Positions 12,335 to 23,837 are shown, counted from the first letter of the stretch. The stretch is 64,000 nt of DNA from Candidatus Bathyarchaeia archaeon (GCA_049516875.1 JBEKSS010000014.1:1-64000); one strand, 5' to 3'. Notes: generated by a model not told the origin, from the sequence alone. Made by a program: numbers and translations.

Positions 12335-12780
12335 CTTTCATTTTGTTGTTACCTGCAAATCTTTTATTAAATTAACCTATTGACAAAAACCGCTTGAAGC
12401 ACGGATTAGTTAACGTCTTCCTGTTCTACACTTTCGACATATTCCTTAAGAGTCTCGGTTTTCTCATTGTTTATTGGAGATATCTATGTCAATCGGGAAT
12501 ACGGGAGATATCTCCACTTAGTCTAATTGGCTGGGTTCGCAATTCTGGGCCGTGTGTGTCTCCCTATTTTTATTTCTCCATATATATTTTTTACACCTTA
12601 ATTTTTTCCAGGATCCTTAGGGAAAAAACCAGGAGTCTCTGTCTCAAATATATGTGTGTGTGCCAGTGTGTGTTCCGAGGTATAGGTATATAGTAGTAGG
12701 TAGGTAGTGGTAGGTGGTAGGTTCTCCCTTTTCCCTCGTTCCCTGCGATGCGTCCAGCAGGTGTGCTGCGCTGCTCTGCT

Positions 12781-12805
12781 GGATAAAACTTTACCCCAAC
12801 CAACC
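12781..12805. repeat. Island palindrome family, copy 5
   Basis: GGATAAAACTTTACCCCaaccaacc. Confidence 0.85.
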
Positions 12806-13329
12806 ACTGCCTACGGCCACCTACGCCAACCTGTGACCACCAACTCCACTCTGGTCACCCGCACTCCTTCTCCCATTCCTACACATACACCCACACCTAT
12901 ACTATCACATACGCGCGCACACGGAGTGTGTGTGAGAAGGCGCGCGCTAACGCTCTGAGCATACGGGGATTAACCCCTGTATTATTCCATACACACATTG
13001 ACTTGTACCCGGGTTCAGATGGCGATGCAGCTACTGTCTCAGTATCTCCCGCAATTCCCCCTTTTCTAGCGTGCGCTTGCACTAATAAAACCATCAAGTA
13101 GTCAACCTTATATACCAAACAGCAACTTAGTTGCGCGTTAGAAATCGTATGGACGCAGCAAAAAGAGAGGCGATCAGAGGTCTCTTCACTCTTTCATTGT
13201 TGGCATTACTTTTGGTGATTAGGACAAACTGGGACAAAATAGGAATACAACCTTATCTGAATTTTGGTATGCCATTTACCAGTTTTTCTTACGAGTGGAG
13301 TTATCTGCATTATTCATAGGTGACTTATT

Positions 13330-14313
13330 ATGGTTGAAGATTTTGTAATTGAAACAAAAGGGCTCAGAAGGAATTTCATTTCTAAAGAGAGAGGCGGGAA
13401 AAAAGTGGTAGAAGCAGTTAAGGGTATAGATCTCACTGTGAGGAGAGGGGAAATTTTTGGTTTTCTCGGCCCTAATGGTGCTGGTAAGTCTACTACACAA
13501 AAAATGCTTTCTACACTGCTGCAGCCAACTGGTGGAGAGGCCAAGGTTCTCGGCTATGATTTAGTAAAACAACAGGAACAGATTAGACAGAATGTTGGAT
13601 GTGTGAGCCAAACTGGCGGTGCAGATCTGGCGTCTACAGGTCTTGAGAATCTAGTTCTACAGGCTCAACTGTACGGTTTAAACATTTCAACTGCAAAAAA
13701 ATACGCGGCCGAATTCGTAGAGCGTTTTCAGATGAGTTCTTTTATCGAGAGACCAGCTTCATCTTACTCAGGTGGCCAGAAACGGCGCCTAGACGTTGCA
13801 CTTGGGATGATTCAGCATCCACGACTACTTCTCCTTGATGAACCGACTTCAGGTCTAGATCCGCAGAGCAGAGCATATCTGTGGGAGCAAATCAAAAATC
13901 TGAAAGCTGAAGGAGTAACAATATTCTTGACCACTCAGTACATGGATGAGGCTGACAAGCTCTGCGACACGATAGCAATTATAGATAATGGAAAAATTAT
14001 TGTGACTGGAACGCCAGGAGAGTTGAAAAGCAATGTTGGCGGTGACATGATCGTTTTTGGTTTTCCCTCAGAGGAGATCACTCGCAATGCCGAAACTCTG
14101 CTAACGAAGATTCGACCAGAGAGTATCCAAACTAAGAACAATCTTGTCTATCTCTACACCCAGAATGGGGAGAGAGTGATGCCTGACCTCCTGAGATTCC
14201 TTGATGCAAAAAACTTGGAGGTGCAGAGCATCATGTCGTCCAAGCCAAGTCTAGATGATGTCTTCTTAAAGTACACGGGTCGCTCACTAAGGGAGGATGA
14301 TGGAAGAAGATGA
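13330..14313 (+). CDS. ABC transporter ATP-binding protein (DrrA-like exporter)
   Basis: GPNGAGKS, YSGGQKRR, LLLLDEPT. Confidence 0.95.
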   Translation: MVEDFVIETKGLRRNFISKERGGKKVVEAVKGIDLTVRRGEIFGFLGPNGAGKSTTQKMLSTLLQPTGGEAKVLGYDLVKQQEQIRQNVGCVSQTGGADLASTGLENLVLQAQLYGLNISTAKKYAAEFVERFQMSSFIERPASSYSGGQKRRLDVALGMIQHPRLLLLDEPTSGLDPQSRAYLWEQIKNLKAEGVTIFLTTQYMDEADKLCDTIAIIDNGKIIVTGTPGELKSNVGGDMIVFGFPSEEITRNAETLLTKIRPESIQTKNNLVYLYTQNGERVMPDLLRFLDAKNLEVQSIMSSKPSLDDVFLKYTGRSLREDDGRR

Positions 14314-15071
14314 AAATGTTACATGAAACAAGGCTAATGTTCATCCGCAACATGCAGCACACACTCAGGAATCCAGTTTTCATTTTCGTGAGCATGTTCC
14401 AGCCTCTTCTGTACCTGTTGTTGTTTATGCCACTTCTGAACGGTCTCGGCGGTGTTCCAGGCCTGCCCTCTGGGAAGACAGTTGAGGTTTTCATCCCCGG
14501 GCTTTTAGTTATGCAAGCGCTCTTCGGTTCAGCCTTCGTGGGATTCTCGCTTATCGACGATATTAGAACAGGAGTTATAGAACGATTTTTAGTAACTCCC
14601 GTGAAACGCTCGGCAATTCTTTTAGGTAGGGTTTTGAGGGATGCAGTCGTTCTTCTTATGCAATGCATTTTGATTACATTAGTAGCTATACCATTTGGGC
14701 TAAGTGTAAATGTAGGCGGATTCTTGCTCTCTTTATTATTATATGCTTTGATCGGAGTTACTATGGCATCTATATCATACGGTTTTGCTCTTATATACAA
14801 AATTGAGGATCCTCTCGCTCCGACGTTGAACACAATAACACTTCCTGTTTCTCTGCTGTCGGGTATTATCCTTCCCCTCGCACTTGCGCCTATCTGGCTT
14901 CAAGATCTCGCTAAGATTAACCCATTCTCGTACGCAGTTGATGCAGTTCGCGCATTATTTGTCGGAAATTTTCAAAACGTCGAAATCGTAGAGGGGTTCG
15001 CCATCATCAGCGCACTTGCAATCCTCCTATTCCTGTGGGGGTTGAGGTCACTCAAGAAAATGGCATCATGA
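14310..15071 (+). CDS. ABC-2 type permease
   Basis: Six TM segments, NPFSYAVDAVR, 4-bp overlap with ATPase gene. Confidence 0.9.
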   Translation: MKMLHETRLMFIRNMQHTLRNPVFIFVSMFQPLLYLLLFMPLLNGLGGVPGLPSGKTVEVFIPGLLVMQALFGSAFVGFSLIDDIRTGVIERFLVTPVKRSAILLGRVLRDAVVLLMQCILITLVAIPFGLSVNVGGFLLSLLLYALIGVTMASISYGFALIYKIEDPLAPTLNTITLPVSLLSGIILPLALAPIWLQDLAKINPFSYAVDAVRALFVGNFQNVEIVEGFAIISALAILLFLWGLRSLKKMAS

Positions 15072-15179
15072 CTGAGATTTATATTTTGCAATTTCATACG
15101 GGTAGGTGCTAATCGAATAGGCTAAAATGTTCGGGGAATCCCTAGGGCTGAACCCAGATCAGCGCGCGCGCGCTAAACT

Positions 15180-15749
15180 TTGACAATGAATCTCGGATGG
15201 CCTGCCAGAAACTTTTTAATCAAATTCCAAGGAATAGTCTGCATATCTTGGGAATCATGTTCAGGATGTGATTGTGTGAAAGTTCTGATAATTGCGGATG
15301 AGCCTGAAGCTCCTGCCTTTGACCAGATTATCGGACTAAGAAAAGCCATCCAAGAACTGGTTGGGAAAGTCGATTTGCTCGAGTTTTCGAGAGATTGTAT
15401 TTTCTTCAATCAGAAAAAGATAAGTGAAAAGGGAGACACTAACATCGGATCTGCCCAGAACATTCTAGCGAAAAGGCGGTATACCCTAATCATCGTTTCT
15501 TTGGCGATTGGCAATCTCAAGAAGCTGTTCTTTGAAAAATCGAACATAGTGCAGTATCTGAGAAACTCTCCTTCTCGCGTCAGGATGTATGTGTTTGGAG
15601 CATCTGACATTCCAGATGAAATAGTAACAAGTAGAAGCGTTGACCTTTTTCCGTATTCAAGACAAGGGGCAGTAAAATCAACACAAGAATTCAAGAACGC
15701 CGTTCTAGCTTATATCAGGAAGGAACAGGGTCAAAATGAGGACATTTAG
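15180..15749 (+). CDS. Hypothetical protein (start probably ~15276)
   Basis: Long ORF bounded on both sides by GCGC tracts. Confidence 0.55.
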   Translation: MTMNLGWPARNFLIKFQGIVCISWESCSGCDCVKVLIIADEPEAPAFDQIIGLRKAIQELVGKVDLLEFSRDCIFFNQKKISEKGDTNIGSAQNILAKRRYTLIIVSLAIGNLKKLFFEKSNIVQYLRNSPSRVRMYVFGASDIPDEIVTSRSVDLFPYSRQGAVKSTQEFKNAVLAYIRKEQGQNEDI

Positions 15750-15922
15750 CGCACGCTCGCGCAAAATGATATGCCCATTCCTTTTGGTGCATCGCTGAAG
15801 CTGAAAGCTCACTATACCAAGTATCCACCCGCGTTATTGTTTGTATCAAAAGGCATTAGCAGTTTAAGCACAAAAGAGAAAAGATAGCAGTCTTTGTTTT
15901 GCTGTAAGAAGAAGGCAGTTAC

Positions 15923-16048
15923 GTGGGTTACCCAAGACGAAAGACAAGAGAAGAACTGAAAAAACCTAAGCCTGAGAAAAAGAAAGTGAGAGAAGAGAGG
16001 CGGAAGAAGAAAAAACTTGCCCGACTTGAGAGGCAACAGTACGAATAA
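15923..16048 (+). CDS. Small basic protein (41 aa), KKLARLERQQ family
   Basis: MGYPRRKTREELKKPKPEKKKVREERRKKKKLARLERQQYE. Confidence 0.55.
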   Translation: MGYPRRKTREELKKPKPEKKKVREERRKKKKLARLERQQYE

Positions 16049-16309
16049 GACAGCGTGCCCAGAATTAAAGAGATTTCAATCCAAGACTTTCGAAGAACAC
16101 GGTAAAAAAAAGACGCCAGAGTTCGGGAATAATTACAAATCTAATTTCGTTTTGCGCGTCTTTCTGCTTGAGTGTCAAACACATGTAGCGGCACGTGGTT
16201 AGCTCTGTTTGCTTCGCTTGCAGCTCGATAGATGCTGAAGCATTGCGTTTATAGCTTTTTGAAAATCTATGAAACTAGAAGCATGAGCTAGGAACAGATA
16301 AAGATAAGC

Positions 16310-16570
16310 GTGCACAAAACAAAGAGAAAAATAAAGGTAGGATTAGAAAGAGGGAGTGAAATGTTGGCGACTATGACTGTAGAGCTAAACTTGGAGCGAA
16401 TGGACAGAATGAAGCAGGAAGTGCTGAAGGTTATTCAAAGAATGGTAGATGAATTTGGAAACGTGTCTGTCATAGAACTGGAGCTGGCGTTGATAGAAGG
16501 ACTGGCGAAAGTGAGAGAAATAGGCATAAAACAGATGGAAGAGAGGGATGAAGAATCAGATGTGGTCTAG
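16310..16570 (+). CDS. Small hypothetical protein (start possibly 16361)
   Basis: GGGAGTG before ATG 16361; helical composition. Confidence 0.5.
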   Translation: MHKTKRKIKVGLERGSEMLATMTVELNLERMDRMKQEVLKVIQRMVDEFGNVSVIELELALIEGLAKVREIGIKQMEERDEESDVV

Positions 16571-16788
16571 CGAAAGCTTGCTCTTGCAAGTTAAAACACT
16601 GAAAACCCAATAAGATTCAGTATAGGGGGAAATCCGTGTTTTAATTTTGCACCGATAGTAAGGTCGGCAATATAGGTCACAGACCAGTGGAAAAGTGTCC
16701 TTAAGGTTTTGCTCTAGCCTTTTGCACGGCATGGCTTAAACTGGAAAAAGAGAGTGGGTTTTAGTAGTGGTATGTTATCGCTGTAGTT

Positions 16789-17316
16789 TTAGTATGTGAA
16801 TGATGCAGTGAAGTTTACTATCGATGTTAGGGCAGGGTCGCTGTTTCCGATTGTTATTCCTACTTCATGGTAATTTGGCTGGCCGAATGACATTATTGGA
16901 AATATCATGTCAGAATAATTAGGATACTTGTCGAATATGTAAGGGGCAGGGTAGTCTTGATAGTAGTGAGAAGGATCATAGAACACATACCATGTGAGGT
17001 TGACCCAAATATTCGGATTGGGTGGCTGAACATTACACACAATTTCAACGTTACCTGGAAAGGATGGATTGAACCATCCAGTGAAATTTCCATTCGGACC
17101 AAAAGAAAGAGTCTTATTATTGAGCCAAATCTCAGTTTTTTCAAAGTTGACTATTTTGCTGAGATCATCAACTTGACCTCGCAGATTTGTGATTTGAAAG
17201 TTCATAAGAACAACTGTTCCAGCAAGCCAGGCTATTAGAACAATACTTATTGTTCCTAACACAATAACAACATTTTTTCCAACAACTTGCTTTTCATTGA
17301 CTTCTGGTTCACTCAT
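16789..17316 (-). CDS. Membrane-anchored hypothetical protein
   Basis: N-terminal TM, short coiled coil, beta-rich domain. Confidence 0.7.
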   Translation of the reverse strand: MSEPEVNEKQVVGKNVVIVLGTISIVLIAWLAGTVVLMNFQITNLRGQVDDLSKIVNFEKTEIWLNNKTLSFGPNGNFTGWFNPSFPGNVEIVCNVQPPNPNIWVNLTWYVFYDPSHYYQDYPAPYIFDKYPNYSDMIFPIMSFGQPNYHEVGITIGNSDPALTSIVNFTASFTY

Positions 17317-17413
17317 TCTTGAACCCCTAGTTTGTCTTCTGTTGCTGTGCAGATTTAAGATTTCTGTGTCTTCTTGAAGGATGGTTGGTTATTGCGTTTT
17401 CTCTAGGTTCTGT

Positions 17414-18730
17414 CTAACTTTGGCTTGTTTTGACGTCTTTCTTTTTGCAGATTATGACTGTTAGTAGTGTTAATAACATGAAAAACATCGTAGCTTGAAT
17501 CGACGGAAACTCTGGAATCACAAGATCTGCCAGTGATAGAGCTACTTGCCAGTTCTGGGTCATGTTCATCGTTGTTTCGTTGGAGTAAGACGCATATTTG
17601 GCTTCAACGGTGTAGTTTCCAACAGGGTAATCTCCGGTGGCGTTCATCACCTTTTCCATTAATGTCAACCTTGCCCCACCTCTTTCGTCTGTAAGTTTCC
17701 ACCCGGCCATTGTTGCGTTTGGATAGATTGCAGTTATGTTTGCAGCTTTCACTTCTTGACCGGTTGAATCCACCACTTGGACGTCGAGGTACCAGGCAAC
17801 TTGAATACTCGCCGTGCCACTATAGTAAGCACTAGAGTACGTCGAGTTTACCAATGAAACAACAGAAGTCCCACCAAGGGATATGCTGTCCGTGACCGTC
17901 GAGTCGATCATCGACACGAGAGAAGAATCAAACGCGTAAATTATTAGAAACACCGCGTTTGCTATCGTTATGTTTGACGATCCACTGGCATGGAGCCTCC
18001 AGTTACTGACGCTTGTATTATTCAACGTCATATTCGGTGCGCCCCCTCCGGGTGGGATGGTTGGCGAGGAATTAGTTATGAAACTCCAATAACTGAAAAA
18101 GCCCGGTCCTAGTTTCGAAATTGTGCAGTTTATCGTTTTTGGTCCAATAACAGCGGCTTCGGTGATTTCCGAGTTGTAGATGTACACCTCAGAAGAATCG
18201 TAGCATGATACCATAGATATGGTAGAGTTATAGATGCTTAGAGCAGAATTTTGTAATGCAGAAGCGGCTATGCCGGATGAATTGGAGATTGACATAACTG
18301 AATCGTCATAAGTCCATAATATAACATAGTAATTTGATGTTATGTTGTAACCAGTTGCCGAACTGTTGCCACGGAAACTCATATAAAAGTAGTGGTCTGA
18401 AGCGGTTATTGACACGTTCTCAGCTTGAAGACGAGGATTGCCATTGGCTGGGCTTTGGAAAGTCATGTTAAACTGATAACCCTTCGTCTGTGTAAAGTTT
18501 AGGACAGCATTCCTTAGAACCAGCGTGGCGTTTCCCTCAACTACTATGCTTCCGTTGATGTCGAAGCTTCCCTCAATGACAGTCACATTGTTACCGGTGA
18601 GAACTAAGTCTCCTTGAAAAAAAGATGAGGAAGCCTTAACAACTGAAACATCTCCTCTTTGCACAAACGCGAGAGCCAGCAACAAGGAAGAAAGGACAAC
18701 TATGAACAACAGCCTTCTCATGCTATTCAC
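17414..18730 (-). CDS. Secreted beta-helix-like surface protein with PEF-CTERM
   Basis: Signal peptide, S/N/T-rich body, IPEFP + TM + basic tail. Confidence 0.85.
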   Translation of the reverse strand: MNSMRRLLFIVVLSSLLLALAFVQRGDVSVVKASSSFFQGDLVLTGNNVTVIEGSFDINGSIVVEGNATLVLRNAVLNFTQTKGYQFNMTFQSPANGNPRLQAENVSITASDHYFYMSFRGNSSATGYNITSNYYVILWTYDDSVMSISNSSGIAASALQNSALSIYNSTISMVSCYDSSEVYIYNSEITEAAVIGPKTINCTISKLGPGFFSYWSFITNSSPTIPPGGGAPNMTLNNTSVSNWRLHASGSSNITIANAVFLIIYAFDSSLVSMIDSTVTDSISLGGTSVVSLVNSTYSSAYYSGTASIQVAWYLDVQVVDSTGQEVKAANITAIYPNATMAGWKLTDERGGARLTLMEKVMNATGDYPVGNYTVEAKYASYSNETTMNMTQNWQVALSLADLVIPEFPSIQATMFFMLLTLLTVIICKKKDVKTSQS

Positions 18731-18949
18731 CTTACTCGTCTTCCAGCCCTAACTAACGACCACTCAATTCTTATGACTTGCGGAAGAATCTTCAATTGAA
18801 ATCGTGACTATGAGAAAGCAAAAGAGAGCCAAGTCGAGCGCTTCTCTGTTCTGCACTTTCGACATGATGTTGATAGCTAGTTAGACAATGTCAGCGCTCT
18901 TGGCTTCTCTTCAATATTGGCAAACATAGAAAAAAAGGGAAACTGAGGT

Positions 18950-19837
18950 TCACTGGCGTTTTCTGAACAGCTTCACTGCATCGACATCGCAGATGTAGTC
19001 AAAGCCCTGCTCGATGAGCTTAGCTGCTTCTTCAACTGTTTTTGCGGTTGCAGAATAGTATTCTTCTTCCCCATTGTTGACAAGCTGCGTGTAGATGAGA
19101 GTTGTTTCAATTTTCTTGTGTCCCATTTGCTGTTTTGTCAATAGCAAGTCTCTAGTTTTATGGTACAACATAGTCGCAAAAAAGTGTCTCAAACCATAGA
19201 GTCGAATCTGTCGAATAGTAGGGTCTTGAAGTTTCTCAGATAGTTTGTCTCTGGCTGCCCTGAACTGTTTTCCGTAAGTGCTTCCTGAGCCTTTGAAGAG
19301 TTTGTCACTGTTCGTGAGCTTGTGCTTCAATATCAGTGCTTTGAGCATGTTCAAAGTCTTCTCTGAAATCTTCAACACTCTACCTGAGCCGTTTTTAGCA
19401 GTTGAAGGATAAATTAGATGTTGTTCTAAGTCAATGTCTCTGACTTTCAGATTAGCAACTTCAATCGGTCTCAGACCAGTCTCTTTAGAGATGCTGAGTT
19501 TGCAAGCTAAGTTCAGACAAGCAGCGCTGGTAATCATGTCAATTTTCTCAGAAGTCGGCATCTTCGGTCTTTTCTCAGCAACCACGTAGAAAGGCATCTT
19601 CCAACTTAAGCCATGGAATTTTACGTATTTGTTGTAAGCTATCGCAAGGTTACGCTTGTAACTGTTGTTTGCATTGTATTCGCTGATGAATCTTTTTACA
19701 GCTTCACTGTCGTTCAAATCAGCATGTTTGGCTAAGAAACTCAAAGCTTTAGAAGCAAAGTTCAGTGTGTATTCGCTGTAGCCGTTGCTTTTCACGTCTA
19801 TTAACACGTTGATGATGTTTTCAGGATGCTTGTTCAA
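18950..19837 (-). CDS. Tyrosine integrase B, catalytic part
   Basis: ETGLRPIE, TAKNG, LYGLRH, MGHK, TLIY. Confidence 0.92.
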   Translation of the reverse strand: MNKHPENIINVLIDVKSNGYSEYTLNFASKALSFLAKHADLNDSEAVKRFISEYNANNSYKRNLAIAYNKYVKFHGLSWKMPFYVVAEKRPKMPTSEKIDMITSAACLNLACKLSISKETGLRPIEVANLKVRDIDLEQHLIYPSTAKNGSGRVLKISEKTLNMLKALILKHKLTNSDKLFKGSGSTYGKQFRAARDKLSEKLQDPTIRQIRLYGLRHFFATMLYHKTRDLLLTKQQMGHKKIETTLIYTQLVNNGEEEYYSATAKTVEEAAKLIEQGFDYICDVDAVKLFRKRQ

Positions 19838-19955
19838 AAAAGACTGACGTGCTGCTAAGAGGGCTGGCGTGTTGGTCGTAACCCGTCATTAGCCTTAGTA
19901 ATTTTTCATTTTGTTGTTTTTGTTCTTCTGGTTTTGTGTTGTTTGGGTTTTCCAT
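19821..19955 (-). CDS. Integrase N-terminal fragment int(N)-B
   Basis: MENPNNTKPEEQKQQNEKLLRLMTGYDQHASPLSSTSVFFEQAS; one base out of frame with integrase B at the T6 run 19836-19841. Confidence 0.65.
   Translation of the reverse strand: MENPNNTKPEEQKQQNEKLLRLMTGYDQHASPLSSTSVFFEQAS
19862..19885 (-). repeat. att copy B: 24-bp duplicate of the rnpB 3' end
   Basis: ggctggcgtgttggtcgtaacccg. Confidence 0.93.
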
Positions 19956-20768
19956 TTTCTGTTACCTCTGTCATGTATATATCAACCCAACTTCCTAATT
20001 TATGGTTGACGAGGAGACAATATGCCTTTCTAGCATGATGCAAGCATGAAGCGAAGCGCACTTGGTGGCTGACGCCAGATAACGAGCTTGCTATGGCTAG
20101 GACAGATAGCTTTCAAACCCTTCCCCCTTAAATTGCGAATGGGGGAAAGGCTTATGTCTCCGAGGAGCGCGCGCTGTATTGTTGTCTTCTAGGTATAAGC
20201 TTCTAGATGGTTACCATAGCTCCTTTAGTGGCTTTAACGTTTCTTGCCCTTGGCAGGAAGTTGCTGTCTCAACTGTTTCTTTTTCGCTTCTTTATCCCGT
20301 TCTATCTTTTTCTGTTGTGCGATTTGAGTATTCTTTTGTTTACGTTTCATTACACTCGGCATAAATCTCAGCTACAAATTAACGATAAATAAACAAGCTA
20401 AAAAATATTTCTTTCGCATTAATGGAGGAAGCCAATAATATCCAAAACTGACGCGTCTTTCTTTCATTTCATTAAAGAAGCCAACTTTATGGTAAAAAGA
20501 GAAAAAGAGTTTTGCAAAGCTCTTTCTTGGGGCTTAAGAAGCCTGTGTTTTGCTTTGCTTTTCCTAAGTCTAGAAGAGGCTCGGCTTACAGATTTTGGGT
20601 CTTGGGGCGCGCGCTAGGAGTTAAAGCGCGTTGCAGAGGGGTTTTGGGGTTGAGAATTCTGGAACGCATGCTGGCTTTAGCGCGCGCTGTCGGTGCTGGT
20701 GTTCTAGGTTTTCAATCGAAGGTTCTTCCACAAATCATAAGACTGAAAACAGTAGATATAACAAATGA

Positions 20769-21737
20769 TTGAAAATGAGCCGAAAACTTGTTTTGATGTT
20801 GACCTTGACACTTCTCATTGGCACGTTGGACTTGTCATTTGAAGTTCAAAGGGTTGAAGCATCTGGAACCATTTACATACGGGCTGACGGAAGTATAGAC
20901 CCGCCAACAGCACCTATTTCAACAATTGACAATATCACATACAGCTCAACGGGTAACATTAACGACAGCATCATTATCGAGCGGGATAACATTGTGGTTG
21001 ATGGAGCACGCTACACCGTGACTGGAAACGGATATAGCGGGAACGGAATAACGCTTACTGACAGGAACAACGTAACAGTGAGAAACATGACGATAAAAAA
21101 CTTCTACATCGGCACCTATCTCTACTCTTCTTCTAACAATGTTTTGTCTGGCAACAGCGTCACAAACAACTCTTATGGCATTTTGCTCGTGTCTTCTTCT
21201 AACAATGTTTTGTCCGGCAACAACGTCACGGCAAACAACGGAAACGGCATCTATCTCCTCACACCTTCTTATCTCCTCACTTCTTCCGATAACAACACCT
21301 TGTCCGACAACAACATCGCAAACAACAACGCTGCCATAGAGCTCGACTCTTCTGATGACAACGTCTTGTCCGGCAACAACATCACAAACAGCGGGATAAG
21401 TGTCGAGCTCGTTTCTTCTTCAGGCAACAGTATCTACCACAACAACTTCATCAACAACACCCAGCAGGCATTAACCAGCGAGGGCTATACCAACAGCTGG
21501 AATGAGAGCTATCCTTCTGGGGGCAACTGCTGGAGCGACTGCAACGGAACAGATGCAAACCATGATGGCATCGGTGATACCCCGTACATCATTGACGCAA
21601 ACAACACAGACAACTATCCACTTATGGTTCCATATACAATTCCAGAGTTTCCAGCATTCCTCATTCTGCCGTTATTCTTCATAGCAACACTACTGGCGGT
21701 CATAGTGCAAAGAAGAAAACACCCTCGCGCGCGCTAG
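20769..21737 (+). CDS. NosD/CASH parallel beta-helix surface protein with PEF-CTERM
   Basis: TIYIRADGS, SSNNVLSGN repeats, GGNCWSD, DNYPL, IPEFP. Confidence 0.9.
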   Translation: MKMSRKLVLMLTLTLLIGTLDLSFEVQRVEASGTIYIRADGSIDPPTAPISTIDNITYSSTGNINDSIIIERDNIVVDGARYTVTGNGYSGNGITLTDRNNVTVRNMTIKNFYIGTYLYSSSNNVLSGNSVTNNSYGILLVSSSNNVLSGNNVTANNGNGIYLLTPSYLLTSSDNNTLSDNNIANNNAAIELDSSDDNVLSGNNITNSGISVELVSSSGNSIYHNNFINNTQQALTSEGYTNSWNESYPSGGNCWSDCNGTDANHDGIGDTPYIIDANNTDNYPLMVPYTIPEFPAFLILPLFFIATLLAVIVQRRKHPRAR

Positions 21738-21753
21738 CGTGCGCATGCCAAAA

Positions 21754-22410
21754 TCAATTTTTCTTGATTGACTTGATAACCTTGTTTGTCAGTTCTGTAC
21801 ACTGTTTCAACGCAGCTTTGTTCTTTAGGACTTCGCCCTTTTCATCACCTGCTCTGACGTTGACCGCTATGAAGGGAGGACGATCGTGTGAGACTAATGT
21901 CAACCCAAGAGATTCGATATACTCTACAACAGTACGCAGTGTTTCCTTCTTGAATCTGCCCGTGCCTGACAAGGCAAAAACGCAGAAAGGTTGTTGCTTC
22001 GGTAGAAGCTTATAGTTTGGTTCTGCGAAGGTGTGTTTGTAGCCTTTGTGTTTTCGCATATGAACAATTGTGTCCAGTCTTTCCAAGAAAGCTAAGAATT
22101 TTGAGGAAGCCAACAGATACTTGGGGAATATGAACATTAACGCGTCGGCTTTCTTCATCTCTGCGAGAATCTGGTTCAGATCATCTGTAAGGACACATTC
22201 TTCGTGCACACATTTTTCGCAGAGAACGCAAAACTCAATCTTCTTGCTTGCCAATTGGATTATTCGGGACTTGGAACTTGTAGACTCGAGGATAGACTTG
22301 GCTAATGCGTAACAGTTGCCATCGTTTCTGTGGGAGCCCACTATCGCCAGAAGTTTTGTTTTCATAGACATAATTAAGCTGGTTTTCATTAAAGTCTTTA
22401 TTGGTACCAA
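21754..22410 (-). CDS. Flavodoxin family / iron-sulfur flavoprotein
   Basis: IVGSHR..GN, CVLCEKC....C..DD. Confidence 0.85.
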   Translation of the reverse strand: MVPIKTLMKTSLIMSMKTKLLAIVGSHRNDGNCYALAKSILESTSSKSRIIQLASKKIEFCVLCEKCVHEECVLTDDLNQILAEMKKADALMFIFPKYLLASSKFLAFLERLDTIVHMRKHKGYKHTFAEPNYKLLPKQQPFCVFALSGTGRFKKETLRTVVEYIESLGLTLVSHDRPPFIAVNVRAGDEKGEVLKNKAALKQCTELTNKVIKSIKKN

Positions 22411-22791
22411 CTGACGCGCGCGCTAAGTAACAATACGCAGCTTTTGTTGGTCTTTTGTAACAAAATACTGTAACAAAACGCAAAAATCGGGGAAAAACTC
22501 CAGTTTCCAAAAAGTCAATAGAGAGTCCATGCATTTTGGCTTTTTTTCAGACTTTTGTGACAGGAAACAAAACTCCTAGAAATAAGCTTCTTTCTAGGAA
22601 ATAGAATGAACTCTTCAACGTTTCCGACTTAACACCAATTATAACCTTTCTGTGCAAAAGGCATTTTGACAAGTTCACCGCAAAACAGAGGAACTAGACA
22701 AGGATAGAAGGAAATGACGAACAAGGCGATCACGGCTTGGTTGTCTGAGGAGAAGAAACTGCAAATTGGATAGTGCGCACAAAGTGTAGGT

Positions 22792-23582
22792 TCAACTGCC
22801 TTTTTTCAGGAAATCTAGCATCTGCTTCATTTCTCTGTTCTTATCGTTCTCTGTGGAATAGTCTCTGAAAAACTCGAATACAAGGTACTTCAGACTCTTG
22901 CAACGTTTCAATTGGTCTGTTATGAAGCCCAATTCTTGGACTGTTGGCTTATAGTGACCAAACCATTTTTTTCGCGGATCCTAGCGACAGAAAGATGGGC
23001 TGTGCATATTTCATCATTCAAACGAGAAACCCAATCAACAAGAGCTTCCATCTTCCCCTGATTTGACTCCAGAACGTGTCCTATGTCCATGCAGGAGAAT
23101 AGGCTACTGTTATCCATAACCTTTGCATAGGTTCCCAAATTCGAGAATATGCCATTATTACAGTTTTCAACCGTTATCTTGCCAACTCTCTTGATTTCCT
23201 TCCCCATTTCTTTCAATGTTTTGGCTATGCGGGACGAAGTGACGTTTTCTTCTTCAAAGCTCCCCAAATCCGTCTGTATGTGAATGTTGAAGTATTCTGA
23301 CTTGATTCGCGATGCAAAGCTTGCTACCGATAAGATGGTATCATGACTACCTTTTCGGACTCCTTCCCAAGGAGAGTACAAATAGATCGTCTCCCAAGGA
23401 GATTGAACACCTGCCTCTAGAGAGTATTCTTCAAGAGCCTCTAGTATTTTTCCTGTGTCTTCATCTAACCATGTGGGTGTGTCTATTATGATATCAACGA
23501 AATCAAAACTGAGGTTGCCAGCGATTGTTATGCCATTGACGATTGAACCATGTCTAAAAATCACAGGAAACCCGAATTTCAT
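22792..23582 (-). pseudogene. Sugar phosphate isomerase/epimerase TIM barrel, frameshift in A7 run 22966-22972
   Basis: ITVEN, CMDIGH, HLS; the C-terminal WFGHYKP...LVFEFF is in another frame. Confidence 0.7.
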
Positions 23583-23837
23583 CTTGGGTCACGGATACAA
23601 TAGCACGCGTGAATACTTTATAAAATAAACGCGCGCTCTTTTACTTTCCAACCATGATTCAAAAGTGTGTCGTTAAATGGGAAAAGATAACATTAAACTT
23701 ATTAACGATATCCTAAATGCATTGCATTTTAGCGTCTGATACTCAATGAATTTAGTGAACGCACGTTTCTGTCAGCTGGTAGTCTAGTAGGTACGTTTTG
23801 ATTTTGCCCTCAACTTGTGAATCGAAGGACTCGAAGG

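Noticed and set aside
22966-22972. Programmed frameshift in the TIM-barrel gene
   Set aside because: A single homopolymer indel cannot be told from decay or sequencing error without reads.
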